Source: an uncultured Gammaproteobacteria bacterium (GTDB taxonomy: Bacteria > Patescibacteriota > Microgenomatia > Levybacterales > UBA12049). Taken from it: DNA of 62,122 nt. The DNA lies in the NCBI GenBank assembly GCA_964391315.1, contig CAYMJR010000007.1, forward strand, positions 1 through 62,122, written 5' to 3'. Under the pieces are notes generated by a model that saw only the letters and a program-made list of their open reading frames with translations, made no database searches and was not told the origin of the DNA. Position 1 is the first letter of the stretch. Each line of letters opens with the position of its first letter. Both the position numbers and the translations under genes were made by a program. This document shows positions 54,752 to 62,069 of the stretch, piece after piece.

Positions 54752-56158
54752 ATGAAATATATTGTTTTTACTTTTGATGGATCAGGTACCCCTGTTGCAC
54801 AACATCTGCAAATGGAAGGCCAGGATGTAGTACTCGCCCAAATCGAAAACATGAGAAGTTTATCCTCTGAAGAAGATGATGAATACAATAGTGAAGGACG
54901 AAATGATAAAGAGCAGCGTCTTTCTTTATTTGATGGTGTTTTGAAAAAAAAATCTGCAGAAGAACTCATCAAAGAAATGAAAGAATATAAAAATCCTCAG
55001 GATTATTTTGTCTATTTTGACACAAATGGGTTATACGCGTTTGCAGAACAAATAAAGGATTTAGGATTTCATGGTAATTTCCCAACTCGTGAAGATTATC
55101 AATATGAAGTAGATCGCGATAAAGCAAAAGAATTCGTTAAAAAACACTATTCAAAGTTAAATATCGCCCGGAAGAAAGAATTTGCAAAGATTTCTGATGC
55201 TAAAAAATTCCTAGAAAACACCGATGAAGTCTGGGTGCTAAAAGGGAATAGTGACGAAACAAATGCATTTGTCCCTGATGTTGACGATCCGATTCTTGCT
55301 GCAAGACAAGTAGTTGAAGTATTGGACAAAGATGCAAGTTCTTATGAATCAGAAGGATTTATTCTCGAATTACTTATCCCATCTGTTATGGAAATTACCC
55401 CTGAGAAACTTTATTATGATGGTGTACCAATTGCCATGTCTATCGATATTGAGAACAAGCCAATTGGGAGTGGCAATATCTCAATTCAGACAGGCTGTGC
55501 TGCAGATCTTGTTTTTCCTATTGCCGATACAGATAGAATCGCTCAGATTGCTTTTCCACCTATCGTTGACGAATTAGCCAAACAACACAAAGGACTCTTT
55601 TACTGGGACGCATCTATTCTCATCAATAAACGTGATGGAAAAATGTATTTTGGAGAATTTTGTCCGAATAGACCAGGATACAATGCTTCTTTTACAGAAT
55701 TTGCCCAATGTGGCAGCGTGCATGAATTTTTCGAAAAGGTAGTACAAAAGAAAAATCCATTTACCTTGGGAACAGTTGCATCTTCGATCCGGATTTTTAA
55801 TCTTCACCGTGATAGTGAGACACAACAAACGCTTGGTGGATTAACTGTCGATTTCGCGCCAGAAGCCGAAAAAGATATTTGGTTGTGGGATGTAAAGAAA
55901 AAAGGAAAAAAACTAGTGAATATTGGGTATGGTGATATTATTGCTGTTATTACTGGATCAGGAAACTCTGTTGAAGAAGCAGTAAATAGAATGTATCGAA
56001 ATCTGGAAAAATTCTCTTTCCTAGGAGCATACTACCGCCCCAGAGCAGATTATTTGTCGCTTGGATATAAAACCTCTATCCTAAACCGTCTCAATTACGG
56101 TATGGAACGTGGACTCTATCAGATACCATTTAATGTTAAAGTAGGGGATATTCTCTAG
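54752..56158 (+). CDS. Divergent PurD-like ATP-grasp protein
   Basis: Order of segments VWVLKGNSDETNAFV, EGFILELL, GSGNISIQTGCAA, GLFYWDASILINKRDGKMYFGEFCPNRPGYN, IIAVITGSGNSVEEAVNRMY..YYRPRADY parallels phosphoribosylamine-glycine ligase blocks. Acidic insert near the N-terminus. Confidence 0.45.
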   Translation: MKYIVFTFDGSGTPVAQHLQMEGQDVVLAQIENMRSLSSEEDDEYNSEGRNDKEQRLSLFDGVLKKKSAEELIKEMKEYKNPQDYFVYFDTNGLYAFAEQIKDLGFHGNFPTREDYQYEVDRDKAKEFVKKHYSKLNIARKKEFAKISDAKKFLENTDEVWVLKGNSDETNAFVPDVDDPILAARQVVEVLDKDASSYESEGFILELLIPSVMEITPEKLYYDGVPIAMSIDIENKPIGSGNISIQTGCAADLVFPIADTDRIAQIAFPPIVDELAKQHKGLFYWDASILINKRDGKMYFGEFCPNRPGYNASFTEFAQCGSVHEFFEKVVQKKNPFTLGTVASSIRIFNLHRDSETQQTLGGLTVDFAPEAEKDIWLWDVKKKGKKLVNIGYGDIIAVITGSGNSVEEAVNRMYRNLEKFSFLGAYYRPRADYLSLGYKTSILNRLNYGMERGLYQIPFNVKVGDIL

Positions 56159-56160
56159 TT

Positions 56161-56598
56161 TTAGCGTACTTTCCAATTAGCCTTTGTTTTTTTCACTATT
56201 TTTTTCTTTGAAGGCTGTACTTTCACTTCTACACTGTAAACAGCTTTTTGATACTCTTTCCAATCCATTCCCATATTTTCAATGAAGTGGCGTTCTATAT
56301 TGTTTGCCATGCGATGATATTTAGAGTACAACTTGTATTGCTCTGGATATTTTTCTGGAGCGTCCTCATCGGTATCAAAAGCGTCAATCATTTCAACAGG
56401 AATTCCTGCTGATTTAATGAGGGAATATTCAATAAATTCATGCAGCATAATACCATTATTGTAAATGGGGTTTTTCATGTCATATGAGATGATAGTATTA
56501 TCGAAATAGTCTCCAACATCATCATATCTCATTGACTTTCTTACCTTGAATTTAAGCTTAGAGTAATCTACTAATTTGGCCTGATCTTTGCGCTTCAT
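56161..56598 (-). CDS. Hypothetical protein
   Basis: 145-aa ORF convergent with the ATP-grasp gene (2-nt gap). HEFIEY is the only motif-like element. Confidence 0.35.
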   Translation of the reverse strand: MKRKDQAKLVDYSKLKFKVRKSMRYDDVGDYFDNTIISYDMKNPIYNNGIMLHEFIEYSLIKSAGIPVEMIDAFDTDEDAPEKYPEQYKLYSKYHRMANNIERHFIENMGMDWKEYQKAVYSVEVKVQPSKKKIVKKTKANWKVR

Positions 56599-56728
56599 AG
56601 GCTTATATTATACACCTGAGGCAGGAAATAGTAAAGTAGGGGAATTCGAGGCTAAAAAGCCTTATTGCCGTGTTTATATCCCATAGTTTACACCCCTCCA
56701 CTCCTATTGCCCAAAACTTGCAACTTTT

Positions 56729-56757
56729 TTGTAAACTCTGCATTAGTACTATATAAT
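56729..56757 (+). promoter_or_regulatory. Putative promoter of the sigma-factor operon
   Basis: TTGTAA (56729-56734), 17-nt spacer, TATAAT (56752-56757). The track start ATG 56756 sits inside the -10 box. Confidence 0.4.
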
Positions 56758-56776
56758 GCCGTCACGAGATTGTGGT

Positions 56777-57346
56777 ATGGATCCAAGACAAGAAAAACAA
56801 CTTATTGAGTGCGCCCGAACAGACCCTTTTGCCTTCGGTATTTTGTACGACACTTATTATGAAAAAATCTTCAATTATATCTTCCATCGCCTTGGGAAGG
56901 CAGATGTTGCAGCAGATATTACTTCTGATGTCTTCTATAAAGCTATGACTAAGTTGCACCTGTTTTCTTGGAAACAACTTGCGTTTTCTGCCTGGCTTTA
57001 TAAAATCGCAAATAATGAAATAAAAATGTATTATAGAAAAAAAGAACGAAAATTTTTTTCTCTTGAATTCCTCTTTAATTACCATGGCTTTGAAATTCCA
57101 GATTCTGCGGACATTGAACGAGATTATATTGCCGCAGAGGAAGAACTTGTCAAACATACGCAATTTAAACAAATCCAACAAGCGCTTTTTAAGCTTCCCC
57201 TCATCTATCAAGAAATTCTAACTCTTCGCTTCTTTGAAGAAAAAAGTCTTTTGGAAATTAGTGAAATCACTGGTAAAAATCTTAATACGATTAAATCACT
57301 TATTGCTAGAGGAAAAGATAAAATAAAAATCCAATTGGGGAGGTAA
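56777..57346 (+). CDS. ECF-type RNA polymerase sigma-70 family factor
   Basis: Region 2 (FGILYDTYYEKIFNYIFHRL, AWLYKIANNEI) and region 4 HTH (YQEILTLRFFEEKSLLEISEITGKNLNTIKSLIARGKDKI). Start ATG 56777 or 56756. Confidence 0.85.
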   Translation: MDPRQEKQLIECARTDPFAFGILYDTYYEKIFNYIFHRLGKADVAADITSDVFYKAMTKLHLFSWKQLAFSAWLYKIANNEIKMYYRKKERKFFSLEFLFNYHGFEIPDSADIERDYIAAEEELVKHTQFKQIQQALFKLPLIYQEILTLRFFEEKSLLEISEITGKNLNTIKSLIARGKDKIKIQLGR

Positions 57347-58281
57347 TGCAACCTTTTTATATGCATTCGCATTATTACAGTAAGAGATATATGAAAAAAC
57401 AAATTTTTGAAAATATGAAAATTCCACAGGTGGAAATGCACCAGCATAAGATGCAACTTCGAAGATCACTGCTTACTTCCTCTTATTGGGATAAAAAACA
57501 AAAGGTAACCTTTTTGTTTTGGAAAGGAGGTGAAAAGAAAATGCATAATAAAAGATTTTTGGGTATAACACTGAGTGCTTTTGTGATGGTTCTTGCTCTT
57601 GCTTTTATATTTATACCCAAACACACAGAAACAGCATACGCAGAACAAGTCGCTCAAAAAAGTATTCAAGCAGTGGCTGGTCTCAGTCCTGATAAATTAC
57701 AAGATCTCAAAGAACAAATAAAACAGGATTCAAAACAGATCTTAGAAGATGCAAAAAATGCAAAAGATCTTACATATTTCACGTATGATCAATATGTTCA
57801 GGCTCATCCTGATTTTGCAAATGCGCCAATGCCACCAAAACTTGATGGTGGAAACTTGCCTGATATTAAAAAGGCGCAATTTTTAGAATTCACCGATACC
57901 GATGGAGCAAAAGTATCAATTGCTATTGACCCCGACAGCAATTTACCATTCTTCATTACTAAACAACTACGCAATGGAGATCACACCTATGGTAAACCAG
58001 AAACTGGAGCTGGAAAGGCGATGAATCGATATGATGGAGGGGAATATCCAAGTAGTCCAAGCTCCCAACCTGACACCGCGAGGATATCTCCTGGTGCGCA
58101 AGGATCAGAAGATGTGATGTTCCAAATAAATACGGATGGCGGTTCACCAATATTCGAAGTTAATGGCAAAAAATACGAACTGCCAGAGGGAATTCAACTA
58201 GATAGGGCTACACCGCCTGATATCAAAGTCGAAGGGAACGACGTATATGTCAACGGACAGAAAGCCAAACCGATAGAATAA
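57346..58281 (+). CDS. Putative anti-sigma factor / single-pass membrane protein
   Basis: Position right after the ECF sigma gene. TM FLGITLSAFVMVLALAFIFI, extracytoplasmic C-terminal domain. Start uncertain (57346 or ATG 57391). Confidence 0.45.
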   Translation: MQPFYMHSHYYSKRYMKKQIFENMKIPQVEMHQHKMQLRRSLLTSSYWDKKQKVTFLFWKGGEKKMHNKRFLGITLSAFVMVLALAFIFIPKHTETAYAEQVAQKSIQAVAGLSPDKLQDLKEQIKQDSKQILEDAKNAKDLTYFTYDQYVQAHPDFANAPMPPKLDGGNLPDIKKAQFLEFTDTDGAKVSIAIDPDSNLPFFITKQLRNGDHTYGKPETGAGKAMNRYDGGEYPSSPSSQPDTARISPGAQGSEDVMFQINTDGGSPIFEVNGKKYELPEGIQLDRATPPDIKVEGNDVYVNGQKAKPIE

Positions 58282-58301
58282 TAGATTCTATCAAGAGCCA
58301 C

Positions 58302-58321
58302 AACCCCGCTCGCGGGGTTTT
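58302..58321. terminator. Intrinsic terminator between convergent genes
   Basis: AA-CCCCG-CTCG-CGGGG-TTTT (stem 58304-58308 / 58313-58317). Confidence 0.7.
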
Positions 58322-58336
58322 GGCATAGGAGACACA

Positions 58337-58999
58337 TTAAATTACCCCTTCACTTTCTCCAAATTTTTGCAACACAACTTTAATGTCTTCTGGCGAGAGT
58401 TTTGCAATATCAATCTCTTCTACCTTTGCCACAATTGCCCCTTTAAGAATGTTTTTTGCCTTAATAGCGTCTTTTCGTTTTAGATTAGAGATACTAAGAG
58501 TAACAGGTTCATTCGTTCCGGGACTATTTGATTGTGGCATATATTTCAATACAACCGTTGCCAAAAAAAGAAATGTTTGTACGTTGACATCTCCCAAATC
58601 TTTAAGAGGTATGGTCGTTATATATTCAGTCAAAAATAATTGTTTTTTCGCAATCGTTATTTTTGTCGTATCGATAATAAGTGTATCAGGAAAAAGACTA
58701 AACGGAAAAACAGATTCAACACGGAGTACCACGATGTCTTGTCTTTCGGTGACTACTTTAAGGCGTTGTCTATTTTGTTCATATTCTTTTTCATTCAATT
58801 TTATAGCTTCCTTTTTACCTTCCTCTTTTGCATTTTCTTGTGATTTTTTTTCAATGTCTTCTTTATTAACTTCTTTCAGAGCATCTTTTACTCCCTTCTG
58901 ATAGGCTCTTTTAATAATTTTCAAGTAATCATCTCTAGTTATTGTTAATAAATTCTCTCGTATCTGTTTCTGTTTAAAGATAGTCTTATCATGGCTCAT
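58337..58999 (-). CDS. Hypothetical protein (charged helical N-half, beta-rich C-half)
   Basis: 220-aa ORF. The C-terminal half vaguely resembles bacterial PH (YdbT-like) domains. Confidence 0.4.
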   Translation of the reverse strand: MSHDKTIFKQKQIRENLLTITRDDYLKIIKRAYQKGVKDALKEVNKEDIEKKSQENAKEEGKKEAIKLNEKEYEQNRQRLKVVTERQDIVVLRVESVFPFSLFPDTLIIDTTKITIAKKQLFLTEYITTIPLKDLGDVNVQTFLFLATVVLKYMPQSNSPGTNEPVTLSISNLKRKDAIKAKNILKGAIVAKVEEIDIAKLSPEDIKVVLQKFGESEGVI

Positions 59000-59071
59000 G
59001 TATTTAGCTTACATAAAGCTTGCAAGAAGGATGAGATAAATTAGTAAGAAATTATTAAGAGCTCTATTATA

Positions 59072-59091
59072 ATTCACATGTTCTTGTGAAT
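59072..59091. promoter_or_regulatory. Perfect 7-6-7 inverted repeat, candidate operator
   Basis: ATTCACA-TGTTCT-TGTGAAT in the upstream region of 58337..58999. Abuts a minus-strand TATAAT (59066-59071). Confidence 0.3.
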
Positions 59092-59104
59092 AAATTGAAA
59101 TGTT

Positions 59105-59221
59105 TTATTTATAAAGAGCTTTTTGAACGAGTTCAACAAGAATTTTCCCACCATTTGTATTAAGATGAACCCCGTCTGTGTGGAATTTCCAACCATTTAT
59201 TTTAGCTATTTCATCAAAACT
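59105..59221 (-). pseudogene. Remnant of the C-terminus of an SGNH/GDSL hydrolase
   Basis: Minus-strand translation SFDEIAKINGWKFHTDGVHLNTNGGKILVELVQKALYK-stop contains the block V D-x-x-H motif (DGVHLN). Earlier blocks are absent because the DUF1801 gene ends at 59223. Confidence 0.5.
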
Positions 59222-59222
59222 T

Positions 59223-59573
59223 TTATTTAGCTAATCTTTTGATTCTATGTTGAATAATTTCCTTAAGAAGATCTTCAGGAATTTCATTATCAAACGGTAC
59301 TCTTATAGCTCCTGAAGAAAATCCATACCCAAGCTTCAGTAGTTTATCCTTAAACACTTCAATTTCCTCTCCTCCATAGGGATAGATACCAATATGATTT
59401 GTATGTACATTAAAGCCCAAAAAGGATTTTCCTTCCAGTTGGAGTGTTGGCATACTATATGCTATCGCGTCTACAGCAGTCGGGACAACTTTTTTTCCAA
59501 TTGAACGAATTCGTTCGAGTTGCCGTCGTTTAGATTCATCAAATTTTTGAAGATAATCATCGATTACTGACAT
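59223..59573 (-). CDS. DUF1801 (YdhG-like) domain protein
   Basis: 116 aa. IDDYLQKFDESKRRQLERIRSI...PTLQLEGKSFLGF fits the YdhG-like family pattern. Confidence 0.6.
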   Translation of the reverse strand: MSVIDDYLQKFDESKRRQLERIRSIGKKVVPTAVDAIAYSMPTLQLEGKSFLGFNVHTNHIGIYPYGGEEIEVFKDKLLKLGYGFSSGAIRVPFDNEIPEDLLKEIIQHRIKRLAK

Positions 59574-59577
59574 AGAA

Positions 59578-59784
59578 TTATTGAGTCAATTTATATGCAA
59601 GAAATATGCCTAAGAGAGCTCCAACTGTATTGCCTAAAAGTGACCATAGTGATAAAAACGAAGCGCCAAATAGAATTGGAATATAGCCACCAATACTTGA
59701 ACCAACCAACACTCCTATCCAGACCGCTGTTTTTAAAGACACACTACCATAATAGCAAATTTCAAAAATTTTGTTGCGGATCAT
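59578..59784 (-). CDS. Small hydrophobic membrane protein whose first codons lie inside repeat copy A
   Basis: MIRNKIFEICYYGSVSLKTAVWIGVLVGSSIGGYIPILFGASFLSLWSLLGNTVGALLGIFLAYKLTQ. Two Gly-rich TM helices. Confidence 0.45.
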   Translation of the reverse strand: MIRNKIFEICYYGSVSLKTAVWIGVLVGSSIGGYIPILFGASFLSLWSLLGNTVGALLGIFLAYKLTQ

Positions 59785-59811
59785 GGACAACGTTAGAAAC
59801 TATTTAGCCTC
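59773..59811 (+). repeat. Direct repeat family, copy A
   Basis: GTTGCGGATCATGGACAACGTTAGAAAC-TATTTAGCCTC. 26/28 identical to copy C in the core. Confidence 0.85.
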
Positions 59812-59911
59812 ATAACATGCAGGATATAATTTTCTAGAACAATTACAGATAAACAATATCTCACAACGGAAAAACGCCACGGATACCATATACATTTAGT
59901 TTAATCCTTTT

Positions 59912-60886
59912 TTAGTATTCACTAAAGGTATTCTGGTTTAACCAATTTAAAAGTGTTTGTCCAGTTCTATATCCAGGCCTAAGTCTAAAAAGGAAATATC
60001 TATTCGTTTGTCCTATTAATATTCCTGGCAACGTAGACACTGCACTTTTAAATCCTGCGTCTTTTACTACTTGTATAGCCTGATCATCAAATGATCCATA
60101 TGGATAAGCAAAGTCAACAACTGGTTTGTGAATTTCATTTTCAAGCATAACTTTACTTCTAAACACTTCATCAGTAACAGTTTTTAGTGATTGTTTTGCA
60201 AGACCTAAATGATCTACAGTATGATCTGCAAGTTCAACTAGCCCATCATTGGCGATTTGATCAAGTTGAGTCTTAAACATATAGTTTGATTTGTCTAAGA
60301 ATCCAGGGACAATATATGTTGTTGCTTTCACATTATATTTCTTAAGGATGGGATATGCATCTGTTGCAAAATCTCTATACCCATCATCAAAAGTAAGAAG
60401 AATTGGTTTAGTTGGTAAAGGTTTTATTCCATCAAGTACATCATCAAGCTCAGCATTTGTCATAAATGTATATCCTGCATTAATAAGTGTTTGTATTTGT
60501 TGGTCCAGTATATTAGGTGTAATGTTAAGTGAAATACGGATTTTATCTTTGCTGTCTTGCACGTACTCTATATAGTGATACATGAGGATTGGGACTCTAA
60601 TTGTATCTTTAATTGGCGTAATTTTATTCACTTCTGGAACAATAATCTGGCTTAGCGGTTTATTTACTTGATTAATTTCATTTCTAATATCTTGTGGCGG
60701 ATTATAGTTGAAACCTTGCAATTCTTTTTTGTTGATGTAGGTAGTTGTAGTTGTGTAGTAACGGTATCCAAAGTATCCTCCAATTGAGCAAAAAATTAGA
60801 AATAAAATAAGGATGAGAAGACGTAATTGAAAGTGAGATAAATTAATATGTAGAACATTTTTATTTTTTTTTGTTGAATCCCGCAT
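59912..60886 (-). CDS. Membrane-anchored polysaccharide deacetylase (canonical NodB motifs)
   Basis: N-terminal TM, LLTFDDGYRDF, ADHTVDHLGL, AYPYGSF. Confidence 0.85.
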   Translation of the reverse strand: MRDSTKKNKNVLHINLSHFQLRLLILILFLIFCSIGGYFGYRYYTTTTTYINKKELQGFNYNPPQDIRNEINQVNKPLSQIIVPEVNKITPIKDTIRVPILMYHYIEYVQDSKDKIRISLNITPNILDQQIQTLINAGYTFMTNAELDDVLDGIKPLPTKPILLTFDDGYRDFATDAYPILKKYNVKATTYIVPGFLDKSNYMFKTQLDQIANDGLVELADHTVDHLGLAKQSLKTVTDEVFRSKVMLENEIHKPVVDFAYPYGSFDDQAIQVVKDAGFKSAVSTLPGILIGQTNRYFLFRLRPGYRTGQTLLNWLNQNTFSEY

Positions 60887-60911
60887 AGTAACATCATTAT
60901 TTCAGAAAAAG

Positions 60912-61142
60912 TTAGCATGAGTCAATTATTTTTTTGTTTCTTTTCTTCATCAACATTCCCCGGATTATACTTACCAGTGACATCATTAAAACTCGAGGAT
61001 CAGTTATTAGCTCAAAAGCAAGAGATTGTATTTCATCAGCAGTAATAGGTATATAACTCATTGCTAAAATTGTAGCTACGGTAAAGAAAAGGACTAGATT
61101 CGTTGGTCCGAAAATTTCACTTAAAAAGTGGCCGTTTAACAA
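60912..61142 (-). CDS. Hypothetical small membrane protein, possibly the distal part of an ORF interrupted by an in-frame TGA
   Basis: The track ORF begins at a TTG two codons after a TGA (61149-61151). That TGA is in frame with ATG 61211 inside repeat copy B. Confidence 0.3.
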   Translation of the reverse strand: MLNGHFLSEIFGPTNLVLFFTVATILAMSYIPITADEIQSLAFELITDPRVLMMSLVSIIRGMLMKKRNKKIIDSC

Positions 61143-61190
61143 GAAACATCAAGCTTTTGAGGAATCCCTGCCAGAATAGGACACGTGCTT

Positions 61191-61229
61191 GTTGCGGGTC
61201 ATGGACGACATTAGAACCTTTTTAGCCTC
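61191..61229 (+). repeat. Direct repeat family, copy B
   Basis: GTTGCGGGTCATGGACGACATTAGAACC-TTTTTAGCCTC. 26/28 identical to copy C in the core. Confidence 0.85.
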
Positions 61230-61304
61230 CCAGCCCTATTCACATTGTAACCTCCTTTGCCTAAACTTGACAAAATGTTTTAAACGTTATAACATGTTAT
61301 AACT

Positions 61305-61553
61305 ATGCAACAAAAAATCATCCAAATTGGTAATTCTACAGGCATTATTATTCCTAAATCACTTTTAGATCAAGTGGGATTTCAAGCTGGAAATGAAGTA
61401 GAAATCCAAGAAGATCAAGCAAACAAATCAATTACTATTACCAAAAAAGGAACAAAAATAAAAGCATCATCTATTAATGACCATTTTCTCAATGTTTTGG
61501 ATAAAGTTAATAAAAATTATAGCTCAGCATTAAAAAAACTTGCTGAAAAATAG
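61305..61553 (+). CDS. AbrB/MazE/SpoVT-family antitoxin
   Basis: IIQIGNSTGIIIPKSLLDQVG swapped-hairpin motif. 3 nt upstream of the Doc gene. Confidence 0.8.
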   Translation: MQQKIIQIGNSTGIIIPKSLLDQVGFQAGNEVEIQEDQANKSITITKKGTKIKASSINDHFLNVLDKVNKNYSSALKKLAEK

Positions 61554-61556
61554 CTT

Positions 61557-61949
61557 GTGAATACTTCTTATTTAACGCTTGAACAGATACTTGTCATCCA
61601 TGAAGACCAAATAGAACGATATGGAGGAACATCGGGTTTACGCAACCTTGAATTACTTGAATCGGCATTGTTTCGTCCACAATCAACATTTGATGGAAAC
61701 GATCTATATAGAGATATTTTTGAAAAAGCTGCTTCCTTTATGCATTCTTTAATTCTTAACCATCCTTTTGTTGATGGAAATAAACGAACTGGGATGGTTG
61801 GGGGATTGGTATTTTTGGAGATAAATGGGTATTCACTTCAAGTACCACAAGAAGCGTTAGTAGAAACAGCGCTTTCTATAGCAACTAAAAAGCTGGATAT
61901 CGAAAAGACAACTGCTTGGATTCAAAATCATGCTGTAAAAAGCCTCTAA
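61557..61949 (+). CDS. doc: Doc (death-on-curing) Fic-fold toxin
   Basis: LEQILVIHEDQIERYGG and the Doc-type Fic motif HPFVDGNKRTG. Confidence 0.9.
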   Translation: MNTSYLTLEQILVIHEDQIERYGGTSGLRNLELLESALFRPQSTFDGNDLYRDIFEKAASFMHSLILNHPFVDGNKRTGMVGGLVFLEINGYSLQVPQEALVETALSIATKKLDIEKTTAWIQNHAVKSL

Positions 61950-61950
61950 T

Positions 61951-61974
61951 TGGGGACCTAAAGTGGATTCGAAC
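61951..61974 (-). other. Isolated tRNA 3' fragment (T-loop to CCA), att-site-like
   Basis: Minus strand GTTCGAATCCACTTTAGGTCCCCA = G53-TTCGAAT-CCACT (T-stem 3' half)-TTAGGTC (acceptor 3' half)-C-CCA. No complementary 5' halves upstream. Confidence 0.45.
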
Positions 61975-62030
61975 TGTTATAGCCTCAATATTTTCGGGAA
62001 TTGTAGAAATTTTTGTTTGATTAGCCTGAT

Positions 62031-62069
62031 GTTGCGGATCATGGACGACGTTAGAACCTTGCTAAACTC
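62031..62069 (+). repeat. Direct repeat family, copy C
   Basis: GTTGCGGATCATGGACGACGTTAGAACC-TTGCTAAACTC. Confidence 0.85.

Noticed and set aside
56648-56659. A fourth, inverted copy of the repeat family (GAGGCTAAAAAG)
   Set aside because: Only 12 nt match the tail of the repeat, and the 28-nt core is absent. Locally the sequence forms a small AGGCT-AAAA-AGCCT hairpin. It is most likely a chance match.
56640-56760. ECF-type autoregulated promoter (GGAAC-N16/17-CGT) upstream of the sigma factor gene
   Set aside because: GGAAT (56641) and CGT (56669) are about 23 nt apart, which is too far. A housekeeping-type TTGTAA-17-TATAAT fits better.
59072-59091. CRP/FNR-type site (TGTGA-N6-TCACA)
   Set aside because: The half-sites are everted (TCACA-N6-TGTGA), which is not equivalent to the CRP consensus.
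61149-61151. TGA read as a sense codon (genetic code 4 or 25)
   Set aside because: TGA clearly terminates well-defined genes here (histidine kinase at 23203-23205, phosphoribosyltransferase at 31736-31738). Conserved proteins also have normal lengths under code 11.
61951-62040. A complete tRNA (or tmRNA) gene on the minus strand
   Set aside because: Only the T-loop, T-stem 3' half, acceptor 3' half and CCA are present. The sequence upstream cannot pair with either stem, so no cloverleaf can be drawn.
59773-62069. The three direct repeats as a CRISPR array, integron attC sites or Xer/dif sites
   Set aside because: The spacings (1418 and 840 nt) contain whole genes, so this is not a CRISPR array. 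The repeat has no internal imperfect palindrome and no correctly oriented RYYYAAC...GTTRRRY pair, so it is not attC-like. The 28-nt core shows no two partially palindromic 11-nt arms and no TTATGTTAA-like XerD arm. It is kept only as an unexplained repeat.
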